Shown: positions 56,300 to 64,000 of the stretch, piece after piece
Numbering within the stretch: the first letter of the stretch is position 1
Layout of the letters: the number at the start of each line of letters is the position of its first letter
Source: Candidatus Aldehydirespirator sp.
GTDB lineage: Bacteria > Actinomycetota > Acidimicrobiia > Acidimicrobiales > Aldehydirespiratoraceae
Direction of reading: 5' to 3'
NCBI GenBank assembly: GCA_965221605.1
Contig: CBDCSK010000016.1
Coordinates: 444,132-508,131 of the forward strand
DNA: 64,000 nucleotides
Notes under the pieces: generated by a model
Told to the model about the DNA's origin: nothing
The model's input: the letters and a program-made list of their open reading frames with translations, nothing else
Databases searched by the model: none
Translations under genes and position numbers: made by a program

Positions 56300-58630
56300 T
56301 CACCCGGCCTGGAGCAGCGCCAGCAGCGCGGGTCCCAGCACCTCGGCCGCGAAGAGCTCGGCCCGTTCGTAGTCGACGTGCATGCCGTCGGACCGCCCGT
56401 AGCGGCCGTCGTAGCCGGAAGAGTCGATCTGGGGGGCCGCGTCGATCAGGCCGACGGCCGGCGTACCGCCGGCTGCGCTCAACTCGGCTGCCAGCCCGGC
56501 GATGAGAGTGTTGTAAGCCCGGGCCCGCGCCGGGTCGGTCTGGGGCTGGTTGGCGTCCTTGTCGCCGCCGAACACGAGCAGAGCCGGAGAGGTCGTGAAC
56601 ACCACCCGGATGTCCCGTTGTTGGGACCAGGCCACCAGCCGGCGGTAGGAGTCGGCCACGCTGGACGCGAAGCGGGGCTCAAGTATCGAGGACCAGGAGC
56701 CGTCGGCGTTCAGGTGGTCGAACAGCACTGCGCCGTGGTCCACGACCAGGACCACCGTCGAGCCGGGCTCGATGTAGTCGTCCCGGCAGACGATGTCCGG
56801 CTGCAGGCCGATGGGTGCCGGATCGTCATCGGGGTTGCCTCTGAATGCGATCCACTCGCTGTCCTCGACGGCCACCGGGGAGCAGCCGATGCGGGAGTGG
56901 TCCACCACGGCCATGGTCCGCGTCTCGTCGGCCCAGTACCGGAGCCCGTGGGCTATGTGAACGGCGGCCGAGTCGCCGATCACCGTGACGATCGGCACCG
57001 GGAGCGCGGGATCAGGCTGAGGCGGCGCCGTCACCGGCGCGGCCGTGGTAGGGGTAACGGGATCGGGCGCCCCGACGTCGCCCCCGTCCAGTGAGTCCTG
57101 CTCCTCCGGCAGCGGCGGATCGGCCGCGGCGGGCTGTTCGGAGGTCTCGGCGTCCCGCTCGGGCACCTCGTCGGGCACGGCCACCTCGGGCGGCTCGGAC
57201 GGCTCATCGGTCTCGGGCGGCTCATCGGGCGCGGACGGATCCTCCGTCCCGGAGCGCTCATCAGGCTCGGACGGCTGGGGCCCCTCTGGTCGGCTGGTCG
57301 CGGGCTCGGCCGGCGCGGACGGCGCCTCGGAGCCGGATGGCGATCCAGCCCCGCCGGGGTCCGGCGTCGTCGCGGCGGTCGACGGCTGCGCCGCCGGCTC
57401 GGAGGCCGCCGCGTCGGGTGCGGTGACCCAGGCGGGAAGCTCGTCGGCGCCCTCGGCACGCTCGGCGATGCCTCGGGCAGGCGAGGAGGCCGCCGCGGCC
57501 GCACCGGCCACCGCCGCCACGGTCACGGCCGCCGCAGCCAACGCCGCTATGGCCCACCGGCCGGTACCACGGCGAACAGGCATCTCGAGCCAATGGAATG
57601 AGATCTCGGCCGCAGCCAGGGTGACCGCGATGACGGCGAGCGGGTGCCAGTCCGTCAGCTCGATCACCGGCCAATGGAACAGGTAGATCGCATAGGAGCG
57701 CAGACCGAGCCAGCGGAGCACCGACCACGACATGACCCGGGCCGGCACGCCGGAACGGACCGCGGCCACCACCAGTACCACCCAGCACAGCGCCATGAGC
57801 TGCGGCGCCCCCCGGAACACGGCCGGATGGTCCGGTTCGAGCCGGGCCACCGCCACCACGGTGACGGCTGCCGCCGCAGCCAGTACCACTCCCCAACCGA
57901 CGCGAGCCAGCCCATCGGTCCTATCCGGCCGGTCGAACCAGCGCCGTACCGCACCGAAACGGGCCTGCGCCAGGGCGAGGCCCGCCCCGGCGGCGATCTC
58001 CAGGGCCCGAACCGGGGTGGCCACGTAGGCGTCGGTCGATCCCCACCACAGCCACACGCCGCCCAGGCCCAGCACGGCCATCGCGGCCACCACCCGCCCG
58101 GGCCGGCGGATCAGGGCTACCGCCGCCGGGAACACCAGGTAGAACTGCTCCTCGATGGCCAGCGACCAGAAATGGGCCAGCGGTTCGGGCGTGCCCGCGA
58201 AGATCCCCGCGTAGCCGACCTCGTCGAGGGACGCGTGCCAGTTGAACACGTTCAGGGTCGCGGTGAGCGCGTCGATCCCGATGATGCGCAGCGGCTGATC
58301 GTCGAGCACGGCCGTCAACACCAGCGTGGCCGCGATCGTCACCAGCGCGGCCGGCAGCAGCCGGCGCACCCGTCTGGCCATGAACCGGCCCAGGCGCAGC
58401 CGGCCGGTGGCGGTCACCTCGGCGTCGATCAAGCCCGCGATCAGATAGCCCGACAGGGTGAAGAACAGCCCGACGCCCAGCCAGCCGCCCCGCACCGCAT
58501 CGGGCCAGAGGTGGAACGCCAGCACCCACATGACGGCCAGGCCCCTGAGGCCGTCCAGTCCCGGAAGCCGGCGATCCGCGGCCGAGCCTGTGCCAGACTC
58601 CACGGCGCTGGAAGGCGCGACCGGGCCCAT
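56300..58630 (-). CDS. acyltransferase-3 membrane domain fused to a C-terminal SGNH-like domain through a Pro/Asp/Glu-rich linker
   Basis: LDGLRGLAVMWVLAFHLWP...GVGLFFTLSGYLI, followed by ~10 TM helices, a low-complexity linker and a soluble tail. Confidence 0.8.
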   Translation of the reverse strand: MGPVAPSSAVESGTGSAADRRLPGLDGLRGLAVMWVLAFHLWPDAVRGGWLGVGLFFTLSGYLIAGLIDAEVTATGRLRLGRFMARRVRRLLPAALVTIAATLVLTAVLDDQPLRIIGIDALTATLNVFNWHASLDEVGYAGIFAGTPEPLAHFWSLAIEEQFYLVFPAAVALIRRPGRVVAAMAVLGLGGVWLWWGSTDAYVATPVRALEIAAGAGLALAQARFGAVRRWFDRPDRTDGLARVGWGVVLAAAAAVTVVAVARLEPDHPAVFRGAPQLMALCWVVLVVAAVRSGVPARVMSWSVLRWLGLRSYAIYLFHWPVIELTDWHPLAVIAVTLAAAEISFHWLEMPVRRGTGRWAIAALAAAAVTVAAVAGAAAAASSPARGIAERAEGADELPAWVTAPDAAASEPAAQPSTAATTPDPGGAGSPSGSEAPSAPAEPATSRPEGPQPSEPDERSGTEDPSAPDEPPETDEPSEPPEVAVPDEVPERDAETSEQPAAADPPLPEEQDSLDGGDVGAPDPVTPTTAAPVTAPPQPDPALPVPIVTVIGDSAAVHIAHGLRYWADETRTMAVVDHSRIGCSPVAVEDSEWIAFRGNPDDDPAPIGLQPDIVCRDDYIEPGSTVVLVVDHGAVLFDHLNADGSWSSILEPRFASSVADSYRRLVAWSQQRDIRVVFTTSPALLVFGGDKDANQPQTDPARARAYNTLIAGLAAELSAAGGTPAVGLIDAAPQIDSSGYDGRYGRSDGMHVDYERAELFAAEVLGPALLALLQAG

Positions 58631-58722
58631 CTGACCGCGCGGACCTAGGCTCGCGCCGATGCGCTCATGGCCGCGAGGTTACTTGTGATGCGTGCAGGCC
58701 AGAGGCCGCCGACGGTGCCCCG

Positions 58723-60315
58723 GTGACGGCGCCGCCCAACCTGAGGGCGCGACTGGAGCCCGCCGCCGAACTGGTCCATCGGTACCGCCGACCCCTGTCG
58801 GCTCTGGTGCTGCTGATCGCGATCGTCGTGCCGCTGCCCGCAATGATGCGGTTCGACGGCAAGACGATGGAGGAGGGCCTCATCCTCGTCGGTGGCGAGT
58901 TCGTCCTCGCGGGCAAGAGCCCGCACTCCGACTTCGAGAGCCTCTACGGACCGGCGGACCTCTGGTTGGCCGCGGCCGCATTCATGGTCTCCGGCGCCTC
59001 GATCGCGGTGGAGCGAATCGTCGGGCTGGTGTACCGGCTGCTGCTGCTGTGGGCTGTGCACAGAGTCACCCGGCGCTGGGGATGGGGCGTGGCCACGGGG
59101 GCGACCGCGCTGGCCTGGGCGATCATCGCCCCGTTCGGCCTCATGGCGTACTCGTGGATCGGTGCGATCGCCTTCGGCACCGCCAGCCTGGCCCTTGCGT
59201 TGGACGCCGGTGAGCACCGGTGGCGATGGGTTGTCGCCGGAGCGTCGGCCGGGGTCGCGCTGCTGTTCCGGGCCGACTTGATTCTCGGCCTCGCGCTCGG
59301 GCTCGGTCCGCTGGTCGTGGCCGCGGGCCGGGCGCCGGCGAGACGGTTCCTATGCGGGTTGTCGGTGGGCATCGCCGGCTACGCGGTCCACCTCGCGACC
59401 GCGGGCCCGACGGCCGTTCTCCGGGGCATGTTCGTCGACCCTGTCGTGCGGCTGCGACCGGGGCGCCGACTCCCGGTCCCGCCCAGCTGGAGCGAGAGCG
59501 CCGAGTACTTCGCCCAGATAGACCCCAGGCAGGGGCAGGAGACCCTGTTCGGACTCGACCACGCCACGCAGTTGGCCGCCCTCTTCTGGACAGTGCTGCT
59601 GGCGTCGGCTGCAGCGGCGGGGCTCGCCTGGCTGAGCCGCAGCCGCTCGCTCCTCGCGTTCGCGCTGTTCGCGGCGGGGACCCTCCCCCAGCTCCTGCAG
59701 CGACCGAGTCACAACCACGTCCGGTTCGTTGCGGTGCTGATCCTGCCCGCTCTGGCCGCCGCGCTCGCGTGCCGACTCCGGTGGCGGGCCGCCAGCGGCC
59801 TGGGTGCGGTGATGGTCATCATGGTGCTGGTCGTCATCGCCCCGCACCATGTCGGCCGGGCCGGCTACCGCACGTTCCTGGACCGCCCCGAGGACATCGT
59901 CGTCAGCCACGCGGGACGGACGATCCCGGTCGACAACCGGCAGGAGGCCGCCGACATCGAGCGAATCCTGGCCGCGCTGGACACCGTTGCCGAGCCCGGA
60001 GACCGGGTGTTCGTCGGGCCCGAGCGGCTGGCTCGCACCAACTACTCCGAGACCTACCTGTACCACCTGATGCCGGACTACGAGCCCGGGTCCTACCACC
60101 TCCAGATGAACCCGGGACTAGCCAACCGCGAGGGCGGCCGCCTCGCGTCCGACATCGCCGGATCCGACTGGCTCATCCTGACCGACAAGTTCGACGACTG
60201 GTCAGAACCCAATTCGTCGGTAGCCGACGGCGACCCAAGAGCCGCCGAGGTAGTCGAGTCCTCGTTCTGCGCCCAAGAGACAGTAGGAGGCCGCACCCTC
60301 TACGGCCGATGCTGA
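58723..60315 (+). CDS. polytopic membrane protein with C-terminal soluble domain (possible GT-C-type glycosyltransferase)
   Basis: 530-aa ORF with multiple hydrophobic helices. No catalytic motif recognised. Confidence 0.6.
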   Translation: MTAPPNLRARLEPAAELVHRYRRPLSALVLLIAIVVPLPAMMRFDGKTMEEGLILVGGEFVLAGKSPHSDFESLYGPADLWLAAAAFMVSGASIAVERIVGLVYRLLLLWAVHRVTRRWGWGVATGATALAWAIIAPFGLMAYSWIGAIAFGTASLALALDAGEHRWRWVVAGASAGVALLFRADLILGLALGLGPLVVAAGRAPARRFLCGLSVGIAGYAVHLATAGPTAVLRGMFVDPVVRLRPGRRLPVPPSWSESAEYFAQIDPRQGQETLFGLDHATQLAALFWTVLLASAAAAGLAWLSRSRSLLAFALFAAGTLPQLLQRPSHNHVRFVAVLILPALAAALACRLRWRAASGLGAVMVIMVLVVIAPHHVGRAGYRTFLDRPEDIVVSHAGRTIPVDNRQEAADIERILAALDTVAEPGDRVFVGPERLARTNYSETYLYHLMPDYEPGSYHLQMNPGLANREGGRLASDIAGSDWLILTDKFDDWSEPNSSVADGDPRAAEVVESSFCAQETVGGRTLYGRC

Positions 60316-60436
60316 CTGCCGGAGCGAACCGCCAGGCCGGGGGGTGGCGACGGGTCCGGGCGGTCGACAATGGGGCGAAGCCCCGTCGACCGAACGGAGC
60401 CCGGCGACAGGACCCGCCGGCCGGGACGAACCTGCG

Positions 60437-61901
60437 TTACCGCAGGGGCACAGAGGTGGGAGTGACCACCGCGGGCAACTCGGTGGCCCCGGTGAGGTCG
60501 GCGTCCACCGCGGCCGCGCAGGCCCGGCCCTCGGCGATGGCCCAAACGATCAGGCTCTGGCCCCGCCCCATGTCGCCGCAAACGTAGACGCCGTCGACGT
60601 TGGTGGCCCACCGCTCGTCGCGGGCCACGTTGCCCCGGCCGTCGAGTTCCACCCCGAACTGCTCGATGAGCGGGCCCTGCTCGGGACCCACGAAGCCCAT
60701 GGCCAGCAGCACGAGGTCGGCGGGGACCTGCTCCTCCGAGCCCGGGATCGGGTCGAAGCTCATCCGGCCGTCGGTGATCGTCTGCTCCACCCGCACGGTG
60801 GCCAGCGCGGCCAGGTTCCCGTGCCCGTCGCCGATGAACTCGGTGGTGTTGATGGCGTAGTCGCGCTCGCCGCCCTCCTCGTGGGCCGACGACACCCGGT
60901 AGATCATGGGCCAGGTCGGCCACGGGTTGGCGTCGGGACGCTCGTCGGGCGGGCGGGGCATGATCTCGAACTGGCGGATGGAGGCGGCCTGCTGGCGGTG
61001 GGCGGTGCCCAGGCAGTCGGCGCCGGTGTCTCCCCCGCCGATGATCACCACCCGCTTGCCCTCGGCGGTGATGGGCGGCTCGTCGAGGTCACCCTCCTGG
61101 ACCCGGTTGGACCCGGGCAGGTACTCCATGGCCTGGTACACCCCGGTCAGTTCCCGCCCCGGAATGGGCAGGTCGCGCCAGGCGGTGGCCCCGCAGGCCA
61201 GCACGACCGCGTCGAAGCCGTCCATCAGCTCCCCGGCACCGACATCGGCGCCGATGTCCACACTCGGCCGGAACTCGGTCCCCTCGGCCTCCATCTGGGT
61301 CAGGCGGCGGTCGAGGTGGCGCTTCTCCATCTTGAACTCGGGGATCCCGTAGCGCAGCAGGCCCCCGATCCGGTCGGCCCGCTCGAACACCACCACCCGG
61401 TGGCCGGCCCGGGTGAGCTGCTGGGCCGCCGCCAGCCCGGCCGGACCCGACCCGACCACGGCCACGCGGCGCCCGGTGCTGACCGCCGCCGGCTGGGGAG
61501 CGATCCAGCCCTCGGCCCAAGCCCGGTCGACGATCTCCACCTCGACCTGCTTGATGGTCACCGGCGGTTCATGGATGCCCAGCACGCAGGCCGCCTCGCA
61601 CGGCGCCGGGCACAGCCGCCCGGTGAACTCCGGGAAGTTGTTGGTGGCGTGGAGACGCTCGATGGCCCGCCGCCAATGCCGGCGATGAACGAGGTCGTTC
61701 CAGTCCGGGATCAGGTTCCCCAGCGGGCAGCCGCTGTTGCAGAACGGGATGCCGCAGTCCATGCAGCGCGACGCCTGCTGGCGGAGCTTCTCCTCACCGA
61801 AGGGCTCGTACACCCTCTCGCCAGTCCCTGAGCCGCACCGGCACCGGGCGGCGGGCCGGCAGCTCCCGATCATGAACCAGGAAGCCCCGGGGATCAGCCA
61901 T
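60437..61901 (-). CDS. gltD: glutamate synthase small subunit, with apparent 1-nt frameshift near 61813..61815
   Basis: [10 protein letters not shown] and [14 protein letters not shown] motifs lie in the frame of track ORF 60437..61873. The canonical N-terminus [29 protein letters not shown] lies in another frame, starting at ATG 61901. Confidence 0.85.
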
Positions 61902-64000
61902 GAGCGGCCGCCATCACTGCGGCCACCTCGTCGGTGCCCGCGGCCCGGGCCTGCTCGGCGGCGAGCATCACCCGCTTGTAGTCCATGGGCATGACCTTTA
62001 CGAAGCTCCGCGAGGCCGTGGCCCAGTCGTCCAGCAGCCGGGCTGCCACCTCGCTGCCGGTCTCATGGCGGTGTCGCTCCACCCGGTGGCGCAGCCAGAC
62101 GAAGTCCTCGGCGTCGAGCGGCTCCAGCTCGACCATCTCCGGGTTCACGCGGACTCCGAGCTTGCCCTTGGGGTCGTAGACGAAGGCGACGCCGCCCGAC
62201 ATCCCCGCCGCGAAGTTGCGGCCCACCGGCCCGAGCACGACGGTGCGGCCTCCGGTCATGTACTCGCAACCGTGGTCGCCCACGCCCTCGACGACCGCGG
62301 TGGCCCCGGAGTTGCGGACGCAGAACCGCTCCCCCACCAGGCCCCGCAGGTACATCTCGCCGCTGGTGGCGCCGTAGCCGATCACGTTGCCCGCGATGAC
62401 GTTGTCCTCGGCCGCGAAGTTGGCGCCGGCCGGCGGCCTGATGACGATGCGGCCGCCGGACAGGCCCTTGCCGACGTAGTCGTTGGCATCGCCCTCGAGA
62501 CGCAGCGTGATGCCCCTGGGCACGAAGGCGCCGAACGAGGTGCCCGCCGAGCCGGTGAAGCTGACCACGATGGTGTCGTCGGGAAGGCCCCCGGCTCCGT
62601 AGCGGCTGGTCACCTCGCTGCCCAACAGGGTCCCCACGGTCCGGTTGACGTTTCGGATCGGGATGTCGATGGTCACCGGCCGGGCGTCGTCGAGGGCGCC
62701 CTCGGCCAGCTGGATGAGGGTCTGGTCCAGGGCCCGGTCGAGGCCGTGGTCCTGCTCGACGCTCTGGTGGCGGACCGAGTCGGGCCGCAGCGGCGGGAGG
62801 TGCAGGATGGGTGTGAGGTCCAGGCCGCTCGCCTTCCAGTGGTCGACGGCCTCGGTGGTGTCAAGCAGCTCGACCTGCCCGACGGCCTCCTCGATGGTGC
62901 GGAAGCCCAGGGAGGCCAGCAGGGCCCGCACCTCCTCGGCGATGAACTCGAAGAAGGTGACCACGAACTCGGGCTGTCCCGTGAACTTCTCGCGCAGCTC
63001 GGGATTCTGGGTGGCCACGCCCACCGGGCATGTGTCCAGGTGGCACACCCGCATCATCACGCAGCCCATCACCACCAGCGGCGCGGTGGCGAAGCCGAAC
63101 TCCTCGGCGCCGAGCAGCGCGGAGATCACCACGTCGCGGCCGGTCTTGAGCTGGCCGTCGACCTGCACCACGATGCGGTCCCGCAGGTCGTTGAGCAGCA
63201 GCGTCTGCTGGGTCTCGGCCAGACCCAGCTCCCAGGGCGCGCCGGCGTGCTTGATAGAGGTGAGCGGCGAGGCGCCCGTTCCCCCGTCGTGGCCGGAGAT
63301 CAGCACCACGTCGGCGTGAGCCTTGGACACCCCGGCGGCCACGGTGCCCACCCCGACCTCGGCCACCAGCTTCACGTGGATGCGGGCCGCGGGGTTGGCG
63401 TTCTTGAGGTCGTGGATGAGCTGGGCCAGGTCCTCGATGGAGTAGATGTCGTGGTGGGGCGGCGGCGAGATGAGCCCCACCCCGGGCGTCGAGTGGCGGG
63501 TCTTGGCGATCCACGGGTACACCTTGTGGCCCGGGAGCTGGCCGCCCTCGCCGGGCTTGGCGCCCTGGGCCATCTTGATCTGGATGTCGTCCGCGTTGAC
63601 CAGGTACTCGCTGGTCACCCCGAAACGGCCCGACGCGGCCTGCTTCACCGCGCTGCGACGCAGATCCCCGTTGGGGTCGCGGACGTAGCGGTCGGCGTCC
63701 TCGCCGCCCTCGCCGGTGTTGGACTTGCCGCCGATGCGGTTCATGGCGATGGCCAGGGTCTCGTGGGCCTCCTTGGAGATCGACCCGTAGCTCATGGCGC
63801 CGGTGGCGAACCGCTTGACGATCTCCGACACCGGCTCGACCTCCTCGATCGGAACCGGGGGCCGCACACCAGTGCGGAACCGGAACAGCCCCCGCAGCGT
63901 GCCGAGCCGGCTCGACTGGTCGTCGACGCGCCGGGTGTACTCCCGGAAGATGTCGAAGCGGCGCTCGCGGGTGGCGTGCTGGAGCTTGAACACCGTCTCC
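61894..64000 (-). CDS. gltB: glutamate synthase large subunit, C-terminal ~700 aa (5' end beyond window)
   Basis: FMN-domain and C-terminal GXGXG-domain sequences (...[12 protein letters not shown]...). The frame is open to the right window edge. Confidence 0.95.
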   Translation of the reverse strand, partial: ETVFKLQHATRERRFDIFREYTRRVDDQSSRLGTLRGLFRFRTGVRPPVPIEEVEPVSEIVKRFATGAMSYGSISKEAHETLAIAMNRIGGKSNTGEGGEDADRYVRDPNGDLRRSAVKQAASGRFGVTSEYLVNADDIQIKMAQGAKPGEGGQLPGHKVYPWIAKTRHSTPGVGLISPPPHHDIYSIEDLAQLIHDLKNANPAARIHVKLVAEVGVGTVAAGVSKAHADVVLISGHDGGTGASPLTSIKHAGAPWELGLAETQQTLLLNDLRDRIVVQVDGQLKTGRDVVISALLGAEEFGFATAPLVVMGCVMMRVCHLDTCPVGVATQNPELREKFTGQPEFVVTFFEFIAEEVRALLASLGFRTIEEAVGQVELLDTTEAVDHWKASGLDLTPILHLPPLRPDSVRHQSVEQDHGLDRALDQTLIQLAEGALDDARPVTIDIPIRNVNRTVGTLLGSEVTSRYGAGGLPDDTIVVSFTGSAGTSFGAFVPRGITLRLEGDANDYVGKGLSGGRIVIRPPAGANFAAEDNVIAGNVIGYGATSGEMYLRGLVGERFCVRNSGATAVVEGVGDHGCEYMTGGRTVVLGPVGRNFAAGMSGGVAFVYDPKGKLGVRVNPEMVELEPLDAEDFVWLRHRVERHRHETGSEVAARLLDDWATASRSFVKVMPMDYKRVMLAAEQARAAGTDEVAAVMAAAHG

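Overview
High-GC (~70%) actinobacterial chromosome segment, mostly housekeeping genes. It holds a Pup-proteasome locus: arc/mpa, then an embedded amino-acid ABC importer, then dop, pup (C-terminal GGE), prcB and prcA. Other blocks are trmI with a TtuA-like/ThiS-like sulfur-relay pair, dacB, tkt-tal, cysD-cysNC-cysC, fbiC, a ClC channel, rnd, mobA, pyk, a cell-envelope glycan cluster (FAD oxidoreductase, GT4, AftD-like GT-C, acyltransferase-SGNH) and gltBD. Two different IS1380-family elements are present, each with intact 4-5 bp target duplications and each sitting exactly on a stop codon. The most unusual region is 1..8722. It is a tightly packed minus-strand operon encoding a 3-TM protein, a signal-peptide vWA/MIDAS protein, a 746-aa single-pass protein with an internal Cys-pair duplication, a 1080-aa protein with an FtsZ/tubulin GTPase head, and a further >485-aa ORF that runs off the window and is missing from the ORF track. 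I recognise no characterised homologue for any of the five genes, and I propose this as a candidate undescribed trans-envelope tubulin-like system. Other notable points: an in-frame TAG splits the vWA and 746-aa ORFs; a ~95-bp interspersed repeat occurs in 3 full copies plus 1 partial copy and inflates ORF calls; a ~790-bp GA-rich non-coding region carries eight GGAGG motifs; gltD has an apparent frameshift; a substrate-binding-protein paralog is degraded; a small membrane protein contains a perfect 33-bp tandem repeat. All domain calls rest on motif recognition by eye. No database search was run.
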